Source: Ginglymostoma cirratum (taxonomy: Eukaryota). From it: a stretch of DNA of 64,000 bases. The DNA is taken from contig JAHRHZ010000038.1 in NCBI GenBank assembly GCA_024137785.1, positions 6,693,887 to 6,757,886 on the forward strand, given 5' to 3'. Below the pieces are notes generated by a model. It ran no database searches, was not told where the DNA came from, and saw only the letters and a list, made by a program, of their open reading frames with translations. Position 1 is the first letter of the stretch, and each line of letters opens with the position of its first letter. Below, one piece after another: positions 1 through 11,812 of the stretch. The position numbers and the translations under genes were made by a program.

Positions 1-689
1 GGGAAATGTGTCCATTTGTCATTTAAAAAAACAATTAGTGCAACAATTTTGAAATTATTATTAAACAATTATTTATGTCCCTTACATTTTGCATTAAGGA
101 ACATAATATGTTTAACAGCCGTTTAAGTTTTTGACTTATTGGACGTGAACAGTTTTAAGGAACTTTATTACATGGATTTGCTTGCGTCGTGACCATATTT
201 TGTGACTCTTTAATAGAATACCTTGTGTTAATTTTATCTACTTTACTTGCTATTGTTTCCTTTTGAAATTTTATTCAATTATAATCAAACTTCATAGCAG
301 TAAGAAACCAATGAATAAAAGAGACCATAAACTATCTGCCAAAACAGGAATAAGTAAGCACTAAAATAGCTGAGTGCCAGGCAGTTTTAGTAAAGTGTTC
401 CTAGCTGCTACAGATCACTGCATCACAAGCCTGATGTCAGCTCCAAAATGTACCACAGGAGACTCATTATGAAAAGCAAATATTATTTCACAGAGAAATG
501 ATTTATAACAGAGAAAGATTTTTTCTGCTTTTTGTATGAGTGTTATTTACAATCTAGACATATGGCAAGTTGTGGTGATGAAGCATAGTCAAAAGATTCT
601 TGATTCTGCCTGTGTATTTCTCTGTCTTTTTTGTGTCAGAAACTCTGTCTCTTGCTTTTATTACAGAATGAATACAGTATGGGTTGCGT

Positions 690-1120
690 TCTGGAATGCA
701 ACATAATTTGGGCTTTACAATGGAAAACTCCAAGATAAAAGCAGTTACACTAAGATATGGTTCTATTCCAGTTTCACTATAATATTGCAGCCTGCAATTA
801 TCTACCATTACTTCCCATTACTTTATGCTCTTGTCCTTGCCAACACACAAAATTCAAAATTGTCATCACCAATTTCAAATCTCTCCATAGATACATCAGT
901 GCCTATCTCAGCAGTCTCCTCCATCCTACATCTAAATGGTACTGCTCTTCATACCCTGGTTTCCTTTGCATTCCTGACCTGTCTCCGTTTTATTGTCAGT
1001 GGCAAACCTTTACATTATCCAGACATGGCACTCTGGAATTCATTCCTTAAATCCTTCAAACTTGCTTCTTCCCATCCATCTTCAAATACCTGCTTCCAAT
1101 TTGTTTGTCTTTGAATATAC
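690..1120 (+). mobile_element. Decayed L2-clade LINE, 3' part of ORF2
   Basis: ORF 757..1050 contains FKIVITNFKSLHRYISAYLSSLLHP, resembling the L2 C-terminal FKILLLxFKSLHGxAPxYLSxLL motif. Confidence 0.6.
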
Positions 1121-1309
1121 ATTTGCACACTCATGTGCAATCAACGACAAATCAGCATCCTACTTTTACTGACACAATTAAAGCAACAATGTAAGGAACG
1201 TTTTATGTTAATTTGATACAGAGATAACATAATAATATAGTAAAATCCTTCTATAGTTTCTTTTATATTCCCTTTTACACTTCTAAAAAATCCCTTTATT
1301 GTTTTCATC

Positions 1310-1482
1310 AATGGAAACAATCAATGATTTCAAAAGGAAATTGGATAGACACTTGCAAGGAACAAAGTTGTAAGGCTTTGGATAGAAAGCATGGAAACAG
1401 GAATGGCTGTCTAATCCTACACAAAGCCAGCATGAACTTGACAAAAGAAATGCCCTCTTTCTGTTCCAATATGACTTTATGG
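1310..1482 (+). mobile_element. CR1 LINE 3' tail fragment
   Basis: TTCAAAAGGAAATTGGATAGACACTTG (FKRKLDRHL) followed by a CR1-type 3' UTR ending ATGACTTTATG. Confidence 0.6.
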
Positions 1483-1849
1483 TACCATCGAAACCACAAG
1501 TCCAGACTGATAAAAATGAAGTGAATTAGTGCAGAACTTCCAATGTTTCTAATGTGATTATTCATGTTGTTCTCACTTTCATTAGGCTTTAACATTGTTC
1601 AATTTAAGAAGGTAGTTAAGGCATCCTTACCCCAACACTGTGTTGCTAGGGATTTGACTCCAAGGATGTAGATTTTGAAATTTACCAGCAATACTTGAGA
1701 TCCGTTGTGTACCTTTATGGTAAAGCCATCCATGCTTTGGGAAACATATTGCAATGCTTGTGATTCCTACCATTTTAAATGTTAATGAATTAAATCCAAA
1801 CTTTCCCACGCATACTAACATTAACACTAAAAGACACCCCAAAGCACTT

Positions 1850-2126
1850 GATAACAAGCATGGGGCTGGATGAACACAGCAGGTCAAGCAGCATCNNNNN
1901 NNNNNNNNNNNNNNNNNNNNNNNNNNNNNNNNNNNNNNNNNNNNNNNNNNNNNNNNNNNNNNNNNNNNNNNNNNNNNNNNNNNNNNNNNNNNNNNTGATA
2001 ACAAGCATGGGGCTGGATGAACACAGCAGGTCAAGCAGCATCCTATGATGCTGCTTGACCTGCTGTGTTCATCCAGCCCCATGCTTGTTATCTCGGATTC
2101 TCTAGCATCTGCAGTACCTTTTATCT
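1850..2126. mobile_element. Fold-back Penelope terminal-repeat (pLTR) insertion spanning an assembly gap
   Basis: Perfect 46-bp inverted arms at 1997-2042 and 2047-2092. TSD CCAAAGCACTTGATAA at 1839-1854 and 2127-2142. Same family as the copies at 25734 and 42032. Confidence 0.85.
1896..1995. other. Assembly gap (100 N)
   Basis: Run of 100 N with the same 47 nt on both sides. Confidence 0.99.
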
Positions 2127-2619
2127 CCAAAGCACTTGATAAACAGGATGGAAGAAAATGGATGCAAAACCTGAAGAAGTAGATTAGAAGGGATACCTGG
2201 AAGCTAGGTTGACCAGATAAATCTTGCGAATCTTGTTATAAAGGAAAATCTTAAGCCAGCAGTCACAAAGCATAGACGTGAGATGACGAAACGCGCTACC
2301 ATAACTGTTGGGTTGAAGAGAACGCATGATGCCTAGCAGACTAAAATTGAAGAAATGGAACATTTGGGATTATTCAATGAAATCACAAGAATAGGATGGT
2401 ATAGGGACATATGGCAATTTATAAATGAGGAAAAAATGATAAATTTAATATGCTGATTTTCTAGAAACATGGTGTAGATCAGCAAGGGTGGATGACGAGC
2501 ATATAGCAATTAGTATGGAACAGGATACATATGTCTGTGGTGGAGTTTTAGACAGGAGGTTGATCAAGGCCTTGGTGTTTGGATAGTTGAGTCTGCAAAG
2601 AATAATGGATTTTGGGAGT

Positions 2620-2845
2620 TGTGTAGCTGAGAAAAATTGTAGAAGTTTCCAATATTAGGGAGGTGAAAATTAGCTGTCTTGGTGATGTGGGCTTAAAGTT
2701 CAGTTCAGTGGAATAAGAAACTCAGATTGCCAGTGGCCTGGTTCAACTTGACGCAGTACCTATGGAGGAGAATGAATTGTGTATCAGGGAACTAAGGTTT
2801 GTGGATGGAGCCAGTGACAGTGGTTTTGGTTTTGCCAATGTAGAT
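2620..2845 (-). mobile_element. Decayed L2-clade LINE fragment
   Basis: Similar in layout to the L2 RT-end fragment at 46180-46500. Confidence 0.4.
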
Positions 2846-3199
2846 TACAAATGCCTGAAGTGTTTACAGTCATTTTTCAGGCTACTATCTGTTATGATCT
2901 GTTTAAGGACGACTTGTTAAATAATGTAGATAAAGTGTTAAAAAAATACATATTTTCTTTCTATAAATTTGCAAACTTGGGAATATTATTTAGTCAAGTG
3001 GCTAAAACAAAATGAACTACAAAATATGAATTACAACTACAGTTCTGACTACTACATTCTAAAGAACTTACTTGTCAATTTGCTATCCTGGCTAAGATCA
3101 ACTCTGTGCTGTGAGAATTAAGTTGAATTTTCAGTTGATAACTATGTAGATTTAATTAGATGACTAGTGTAAGACTGTTCTTGTTATATGTACCCTGCA

Positions 3200-3425
3200 T
3201 AACAGCAACTTGTATTTGCATAGCTCCTTTAACTAGTAAACTGTCTCGAGGCAATTATAGGATTGGCATCAAGTAAACTTTTATACTGAAAAACACTATG
3301 AGATATCTGGATAGGCAGGCAAACGCTTGGTTAATAAGTTATATTTTAACAAGTTTATTAAAAGCTACGGGAGGTGAAGACATTTAGGAAAAAAAATTCC
3401 ACAGCTTTAGATCTTAACAGCATGA
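3200..3425 (-). mobile_element. L2-clade LINE 3' end
   Basis: AACAGCAACTTGTATTTGCATAGCTCCTTTAAC matches the reverse complement of the L2-type tail also seen at the end of the SINE at 24016-24492. Confidence 0.55.
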
Positions 3426-6304
3426 CAATCATTGATAGAGTGAATTAGTTGGAGATGCTGAATAGGCCTGAATTCAAGGAGCAAAGCTATCTCTGAGCAA
3501 AAACAGCAAACAAACAAATACTTTTTTCCCATATGATATGCCTGAAATTTAAACTTTATAGATTGTGTTTCTTTTAAAAGAAATTTGTGTAGCAAAGATA
3601 CTCTACATTATTGATTTTCTCCCCCTTTTTGTTAAAATTAAAGTCTTTTGCACACCATAGAATGTGACTGCTAAAGATGGGGTAAAAAAATTAAATTGGT
3701 TTTACATTGATAACTTAAGCTAAATGTGTTTCTGATTCCTAGTGAAATGATATTTGACCACTGCTCCCTTTATAGTTCCTTTTCAAAGCCTCAAACAATC
3801 CTGTGTGGGTTTCTATGGAGCTTGTAGTTAGGCATGGGTTAATGTCCTATGACACCTGCAGTGAGGATCGTTGGTGGTGCTATTGTCAGTTTTCCTGAGG
3901 ACTAGGTTGTTCTTTGTGTTGCTGGCAAATAAATGAAGAAGAGAAAGTGGTTCTTCCCTATCAGTTACGACAGATAGGTCAACATCTGTATGTGACATGA
4001 CAAATTGGGCCTCTTTGGCAATTATGGCAAAGGAGGGCAGCTGAGGGTTGTGTGGGTGGGAGGCAGCTGTGGGAGAAGCAAGGCTAAAGAAAGCTGAAAG
4101 ATTGGTTGATTATTTGCACTTTATTTCTCACCCAAAAACATAATTAAGCTAATTGCTGCACACCTTCTAAAGGGACAGTATACTGTCATTGCCTTTTTGG
4201 GTGTGTGTGCATATATGGGGAGAAGCTGGAACAGTTTCTTTGGCAACCATTGGAAAAAGATATGAAACACAGAGCAGTGCTTTGTTTCATCTCATGTCAT
4301 TTTCTTTGTAGCTGTTTACTATACTTGTTTGGTCAGCGGTGGTTGTAATGTTTAGACAAACTCCATGCCAAGCAATTAATGAAGGCTTATAGGAGCATTT
4401 TCACAGCAGCTAGTGAAACGAACCAATAATTACTGAGAAAAAGGAATGCGAGAAAGACAGAAACTCCAAGAGAAAAAGAGATAGCAGCTTAGAGAGTCTT
4501 CTCCGTGTCTCTGACAGCACACTTGCTGCAGCTCTCTAATTTTGACCATTATTTACCTAGAAATAATTGGTGATCTAGTTCTTTTTACCCCATTGGCCTG
4601 TCAAAACAAACATTTTATACACTCCTCATCCTGTGAAAAATTGGTGGAAACATATTGATTTTTGTCAGCCCACCTCCGGTCTCCGAGCTGATGACCTGAC
4701 AGCTGACTTAATGCTTAAACATACTACCTCAGGAGTGGCAGTCACTGACTGGCAGAGCATGACGCCTTGCTGAGAGGTAGATCCTGGCTCCTTACATACT
4801 GCCATCACTGAAGTGCGGTTTACAGCTACTTTCTGACACTGTAAATTAGCTGTGAGTTCCAATTTGCTGTCTGATCTATAACATGCTGTCGAGAAAAATC
4901 CAAAAGGCAGCTACTCAGGCTCTGGGTTCTTTGTTTATTGGCAGAGTTGTTTTTCTTGCTTCTGCTACTGGGAAGGGCTAGAAATTCTTCTCCTGCCTCA
5001 TTCAGTTATCTATTTATTCAGCTTGAGCAGCCGGCATACTGTCATTTTTGTATCACTCTGGGAACTATAAACTTAACTGAGAATATTTTTTTCATGCTGA
5101 AAGCTTTCATCTGTCTGGCCTTGTTTGCTTGCCAACAATAAGCAAAGAAAACATACAGATGAAAAAGGGAAGTTTATTTGTGATTAGTTTTTTTGTAATA
5201 TTTTCATCATATTCCTTCTCAGATTTTGGTTCTCAACAATGTTTATCATTTTGACTCTAAACTTAAGTGACTAGCCTACAGACGTTGCAACAATTTTGCT
5301 GAAGGCATGTTATTGTTATAGGATGAGTGATCCCAATCCAAGGTTTTTGATTTTCTCAATTTTCTGTTCACAACAAGTGGCCTGGCTCCTACTGGGCTGT
5401 GTTTCCACATGTATACCAGGCACCCAAGTGGTGCCTTCTCATAAGCAAGTGCAGACAGAAAAGCTTTAAATGTTATTCCACTGTGGGAGAGGACGCTGCA
5501 GTCTCATCTGTACCTGCCTTCATTCAAATGTAAGGATTTTCCAAGAAGGATGATTAGATCCTATTAGGAATGGAAATGCTAACTAGATTTTCTGAAAGAC
5601 CACAGATCCAACCTTTCAGGCCTCCAATGTACCTTGGACCTCCAATTGCCTCACCTAGCCAAACCTCTGATTCACTTTCCCTCCCAGGTCTCTGATTTCC
5701 CCACTTTTCCAGCATTACAATCATTGCCGCTCCTTCCGAAGACTCTGGGGTCTGACCATCCCAATCACCACTTCATATATTATTCAATGAAAGACTGTGA
5801 AATACACTGAGGATTTCCCATACCCAATAAATATTCAGAAGAAACACCTGCACAATCAACTTTGATGAACTAACCATTGTGCCTGTGTGATCAGAAACAG
5901 TTCTACCCATCAGGTTACAATCTCTCAGTTCTCAAATGGACGACATTCCAGAGGAGAATAAAGAAATTGCTTCAAAGTTGTTCTGTAAGCCTTCTTGAAG
6001 CGTGGCAGCATTGTTTTAAATGACTGGGAGGAGTGTTCTAACAATTGTTAAGGAAGGTGACAACTTGTTCATCAAGCTGATAATACTTTGAGTTCAAATG
6101 CTGGACAATGAGGCAGAGTGGTATCACTGAAGGAACAAAACAGAAGCACTGCACTGGATTGCATCAGCTTGCAACCTCCTTTTCTATTTGCCCAAACATT
6201 TGGAGTTAAGAATCCGTCTGCTCAGTCACAGGATTCACGAACTGTGAGCCATCCTTGAATCAAGAGATGGCCAACACTAATGACGACCCCCAGTGTTCCC
6301 TAAA

Positions 6305-7245
6305 AGTTCCATAGAACATACTCTGTACTGTAGCCTCCATCAAACTGCCACCCTTTGGTTCAACTCATCCATGCCGACCACATTTCCAAAACTAAACTAT
6401 TCTACTTGCCTGCATTTGGCCCATATTCTTCTAACCCCTTCCTATTCATGTACCTGTCCAAATGTCTTTTAAATGTTGTAACTGCACCTGCATCTACCAC
6501 TTCCTCTGGCAGTTCATTCCACACACAAACCAATCTCTGTATGAAAAAGTTGCCCCTTACACCCCATTTCAATCTTTCTCCTCTCACCTTAAAATTATGC
6601 CCTTTAGTTTTGAACTCTTCTACCCAAGGGAAAAGACCTTTGCCATTCACATTAACTATAACCCTCATGTTTTTATAAACTCTATGAGGTCACCCCTCAA
6701 CTTACTACACTCCAGCATATCCAGCCTGTCCTTATAACTCAAGCCCTCCATTCCCAGCAACATGCTGGTAAATCTTTTCTGAACTTTTCTCCAGGTTAAT
6801 AGTATCCTTCCTTTGGTAGGGTGACCAGAAATGTGCACAGTACTCCAAAAGTGTCTTCATGAACGTCCTCAACATGATGTCCCAACTCCTACACTCAAAG
6901 GCCTGAGCAATGGAAGCAAGTCTGCTAAATGTCTTCGTAACCACCCCTAGGTCTCTCTGTTTGACAGCATTAGCCAGGGCTGTGCCATTAACTGTATAAG
7001 TCCTGCTCATGTTCATTTTACCAAAATGCAATACCTTGCATTTATCCAAAGTAAACTCCATCTACCACTCCTTAACCCATTGGCCCAATTGATCAAGATC
7101 CCTTTGTAATCTTAGATAACCTTCTTCACTGTCCGCTATGCCACCAATTTTGGTGTCATCCGGAAACTTACTAACCATGCTTTCTATATTCTCATCTTGA
7201 ATCATTTATATAAATGACAAACAACAGTGGATCCAGCACTGCTGG
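6305..7245 (-). mobile_element. 5'-truncated CR1 LINE (RT C-terminus and 3' UTR)
   Basis: ORFs 6732..7061 (MEFTLDKCKVLHFG, LEYCAHFWSPY) and 6402..6668 (RGNFFIQRLVCVWNELP, FKRHLDRYM). Homologous to 44410-45310. Confidence 0.93.
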
Positions 7246-7764
7246 AAGCCAAACTGGACAATGAGGCTGGCTTCCAGGTGGCAACCACAGGTAATGTCAT
7301 ATGCAAGCTTAAAACTATACAATTTGAAGAGAACTACCTTCCAGGTTTCCCACAATTTACCAACAAGTATTTGCCGCCTCCCTTGCAAAGCCTTCTGGTC
7401 AGCTTAATGTTTGGAGAATGCACTTTAATATTAACCACTTTAATTTTGCTTTTGAAGAACATTACTTTTATAAAGATAAATTGTGAAGAGGAGAAAAACT
7501 TTTAGTGATAAGTAACTAGAAAGGACAAAACATGAAAATTACTAAACATTTAGAGATAAATTAGAGATTAATATTCGTTTATAGTATTTGCATTCTTTAC
7601 TATTCTTATTTCCTTGCAACATGTTTTTATTTACAATTCCAGCAATTGATCAAGGTATTTAAACTTAGGCAACCAACACCGACCATTCCTGGTTTGAAGA
7701 AACAGTGTGGTTTCAGATATAGAAAGCCAGTTTAAAGTTTGTGTTTCGGTAACAATTTGGACAG

Positions 7765-8712
7765 CATTTCAGCTCAAGGATATACCTCTGCAGGAGTTCC
7801 TCAAGGAAGTTTTCCTAGGCCCAACCATCTTCAGCTGTTTCATCAATGACCTTTCCTCCAACATACGGCCAGAAAAGGGAATGACTGCTGATAAATGCAT
7901 AATGTTCAGTTCCATTTGCTAAAGCAGTCTGAGTCCACATGCAACAAGACCAGGACAATATTCAAGCTTGGACTGATAAGTGGCAAGTAACGTGCATACA
8001 ACGAATGCCAGTTAATGACTACTTTCAACAAGAAAGAATCTAGCCATTCCTTCTTGACATTCAATGGTATTGCCACCAATGAACCTCATGCCATTAACAT
8101 GCTTGGAGTTACTATTGACCAGGAACTTCTAACCTGGATGAACCACATAAATACTTAATAACAGGAGCAGGTCAGAGGCCAAGAATTCTGCAGAACCCAT
8201 CTCTTGACTTTTCATAGCCTAACTACCAACTACAAGTTACAAGTTAGAATTTGGTGGGATTCTCCCCACTTACCTGGGTAAGTGTAACTTCAACTGCACT
8301 CAAGAAGCTTGACACAATTCAGGACAAAGCAGGTGCCTAATTGTGGACCATTCATTATTAACTCGGAATGGCAATGGTGTGTACTATCTGCAAGATGCAC
8401 TGCAGCAACCCATCAAGTCTCCTTCAGCAGCATCATCCAAACCCACATATTTATTGTCCAGAAAGACAAGGTTAGCAAGCTGATCGGAATACCACCGACT
8501 GGAAGTTCTGTTCCAAGCTTCACACCATTCTGACTTTGAATCATATTGCTGTTCTTTCACTGTCATGAATCAAAGTCCTGGAACCCCATTCCTAACAGCA
8601 CACTAGATGGACTGCAATAGTTCAAGAAGATGGTTGGTTATCGCCTTCTCAAGGGCAATTTGGAATGAACAACACATGTTGTAGCAAATACATCCCATGA
8701 AAGAATTTTAAA
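7765..8712 (+). mobile_element. Decayed CR1-type LINE of a second family (RT to 3' end)
   Basis: GVPQGS and LGPTIFSCFINDL motifs, DKWQV, and the 3' tail CATCCCATGAAAGAA followed by an A-rich end. Confidence 0.85.
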
Positions 8713-8924
8713 AATAAGCAGCAGACGAGAGAGTTAATTGAGGGATGTTGGAGAGATGTTTCAATTGTTATTATATTACTTAGCAGGGATGGTGGTGGTT
8801 GCACATACATTAGGTTAAATTGGACATGCTTACATAAAGGTGCGTTGAATTGATTTTTCCTCGTTCAATCAACATTGGCGTTTCAATAGTTTAAATTAAC
8901 AAAATTGGAAAAATGCATAGTATC

Positions 8925-9060
8925 TCCTGCTAGCTGAGCTGGTTAAAGCAATGAACAACTGAGTTGTACAAAACTAAAAAGGTCCCAGGTTTAATCTTAA
9001 ACCTATGCTGAATTAACTGAATTGATCTGAGTGGAATCCACTGGCCATTCCTCAAAATGC
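8925..9060 (+). mobile_element. Old tRNA-derived SINE-like head
   Basis: A-box-like TAGCTGAGCTGG and degenerate B-box GGTTTAATCTT. Related minus-strand remnants may lie near 29020-29130 and 30335-30420. Confidence 0.35.
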
Positions 9061-10047
9061 ACATGTGGACAAGGTACGATATCCCTCTGTGGTGGACCAA
9101 CCTGAAAATACACCGTCTAAGTTCAAATATCATCATGGTTCCTCAGTTGAAGTTCAAGATACTTGCTGCCTGCAAAAATATGCCTGCTAAAAATGGGAGA
9201 AATTGTTGAAGGAGATGTACAATTTACTTTAAGTGTTGTATTGAATCAACTGAAAATGTATAATAAAAGCATAGATTATTTGATGGTGATGTTATCTGTT
9301 TTGCTGTCAGACAGCTATTTGTACCATATATTTAAGCAGGCAATACCTTACACCCTTTCTCACTGTAGCGCAATGAAACATTACTTGAAGTGTCTCTGTC
9401 CCCGAGACAGAGGCTGTTTTTAAAGTATCACATCTTTTTTACCTCCAATTCAATCATCTGGTTTCAACAGGGTGGTCCCAGAGTTCATTCCATGGTTATA
9501 GCCATCAACTTGGGACTTGGAAACTATGCTGGAGCTATGATCTAGTCATTTTTAATATGCCTTTATTGTAAGACAAAGTATCAATTGAGTAACACGACAC
9601 ATATGTTACATGCAGCACGCAGGGCAGCCAGCTATCACCCTATTGCATGTGTTTTTCTCTTTAGAACTCTTAAAGAAAACATTTTGAACTTTCTTTTAAA
9701 CATGTGGGGAACTATGAGTAAATAAATTTAAGAAGGAAAAATAAACAGTTGAACACAGCTTGATGTAGGAACTGTTTAGAATTGGAGCTGGGGCATAGAT
9801 GAATTTTTTGGCTAATTCACTTCCCGTGGCAGTGAGCATTTTCACCTATTTTGGGACTATATTTTTCTAACCTGGTGAGCACATGGGATTTAGGTTCCAC
9901 GGTTTATTTTATATTGGATATCTTGCTGTTCACCTTGTTGGAAATCCCTTTCGGATTTCTCATTAATTTATTTCTTGAAAGTTTCAGGTCCAGGATCATC
10001 AACTTTATTCCGCTTTCCTTCTTTTCATAACTCACCTTCTATTGCAG

Positions 10048-10082
10048 CATGAAGTTCATCTGTACGTGAATGAGTAACAAAG
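10048..10082 (+). other. Candidate small exon (5' UTR or start-codon exon, MSNK, phase 1)
   Basis: Long pyrimidine tract plus TTGCAG acceptor, and a consensus AAG|GTGAGT donor. ATG at 10070. Confidence 0.35.
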
Positions 10083-10832
10083 GTGAGTGTTAAGTTTAGG
10101 GAGCTAATTTTTCAGCTTGGGTTTTGCATTGTTAAGAAATATTTTTATACAGATACATTGGAATTTCCAGCTTGCTGTGCTTGAACTTATATATGGGTAG
10201 GGAAAAGCATCTGGGGCAGTGAATTGTACCGGCTGAAATACTGGTGTACCTTGTGCTGTGATATTGATGGCAGGGGAAAGGAACCTTTCAGCGAAAGTGT
10301 GTCAGTTGTCTCTTGACATGTAAAACATTACTGAATAGGTCACCCTTCTCTAATGCTGGAATTGACTGTTCCCTACTTGCCTTGTGGGCTAAGCAGCTGT
10401 TGCATGATGTGGGAGAGAGGGGAACATGAATCAAAGTCAATAACAACAAATGCAACAAATAGGTGAAGGCTAAGATCTAAAACTAATGCATTATGCTTCC
10501 AGAGATAGCACATTTTTGGACATTTGTGATACTGTTTTTACTTACTTGGGAACAAAGCAGCTAGATTTAGGGAAGGGATGCTTGTGGCAATGGTATGAGA
10601 AGCCCTTGGGTAAGCTTACGGGTGTGGCCTGAAAATGGCATTTGCTGTGAAAAGATTTTTGTGAATGGAAATGGGTGATGCTGAATAAAACCAAAGGCTT
10701 GGGAACCAAATTGCAAACAGCAGAGTTTTGTGTCTGAACGTGATATGTTTAGCATTTTTGCATTAGTTCCTCTGTTTATTATTTTAATGATAAAGTTAAG
10801 TGTTTTTTAAAAAATGCTGCACAATGTTATTC

Positions 10833-11004
10833 AGAGATAGCAAGAACTGCAGATGCTGGAGTCAGAGATAACATAGTGTGGAGCTGGAGGAACACAGCAG
10901 GCCAGGCAACATCAGAGGAGCAGGAAAGTTGACGTTTTGAGAAGGGTCCCAACCCGAAACGTCAACTTTCCTGCTCCTCTGATGCTGCCTGGCTTGCTGT
11001 GTTC
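10833..11004. mobile_element. Fold-back Penelope pLTR insertion with partial hammerhead motif
   Basis: About 58-bp inverted arms around GAAGGGTCCCAACCCGAAACGTC. TSD CTGCACAATGT(T/C)ATTC at 10817-10832 and 11005-11020. Confidence 0.88.
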
Positions 11005-11094
11005 CTGCACAATGTCATTCGCAAGTATTAGTTTCACACTGACTCTTCCATTCTCAAATCATTTGACTTGTTTTGAAAAAAAAAAGCTCACTTT

Positions 11095-11406
11095 ATAGAA
11101 TCCCTACAGTGTGGAAACAGGCCTTTGGCCCAGCAAGTCCACACTGACCCTCGGAGCATCCCACACAGACCCATTCCCCTATAACCGACCTAATCTACAC
11201 ATCCCTGAAAACTATGGGCAATTTAGCATGGCCAATCCACCTAACCTACACATCTTTGGACTGTGGGAGGAAACCAGAGCACCTGGAGGAAACCCACGCA
11301 GACACCAGGAGAATGTGCAAACTGCACACAGACAGTCACCCGAGGGTGGAATCGAACCTGGGCCCCTGGCGCTGTGAGGCAGAAGTGCTCGCTACTGAAC
11401 CACCGT
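11095..11406 (-). mobile_element. HE1 SINE (elasmobranch tRNA-derived V-SINE), full length
   Basis: Minus-strand tRNA-like head with B box GGTTCGATTCC, central domain GGATTGGCCATGCTAAATTGCCC, and tail CTGTAGGGATTCTAT. Confidence 0.92.
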
Positions 11407-11612
11407 AATGGATCAAGATATTAACAGACTGGGTTTTAAACAATCCCATACCTACAACCCATGTCTAAATTATACTTGAATTATTTCACATTAAAATCTA
11501 TTTTTTCAACCAATGACATATCAAATTCATAAGGCAAATTCACCAATAGAATCCTTCCTGTTAAGCCCACATTTGAGTAAAGCTTTGATTGGTGAAAAAG
11601 CTACAATATTGT

Positions 11613-11812
11613 AAAGGTAAAGTCACCGTAGTCCTACACTGTCATTAGTGAAAGACAACTGAAGTGATTTAACATGAGGGCACTACATTTCAGGCGAAGG
11701 GGTAAGGTTTAGAAGGAGAGTTCTTCATGGTAACCTCAGCTAGTGCAAGAATTGAATCCACGCTGTTAGTGTCACTCTGTATTACAAACCAGACATCTAG
11801 CCAACTGAGCTA
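11613..11812 (-). mobile_element. tRNA-derived SINE of a different family
   Basis: Minus strand has A box TAGCTCAGTTGG, B-box-like GGATTCAATTC, and a CTTTACCTTTAC repeat tail. Confidence 0.75.

Noticed and set aside
1849-2042. Direct repeat around the N run as a real tandem duplication or CRISPR-like array
   Set aside because: Identical ends flanking a 100-N placeholder indicate an unmerged contig overlap. There are no spacers or cas genes, and the DNA is eukaryotic.
10833-11004. Palindromes as DNA-transposon MITEs or miRNA genes
   Set aside because: The arms are Penelope pLTR sequence, and the TSDs are long and variable (9-16 bp), indicating retrotransposition. Hairpin small-RNA production cannot be judged from sequence alone.
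11330-11406. tRNA genes at the SINE heads (also 11740-11812 and 29950-30025)
   Set aside because: A and B boxes are present, but they run directly into SINE bodies and no complete cloverleaf or terminator is evident.
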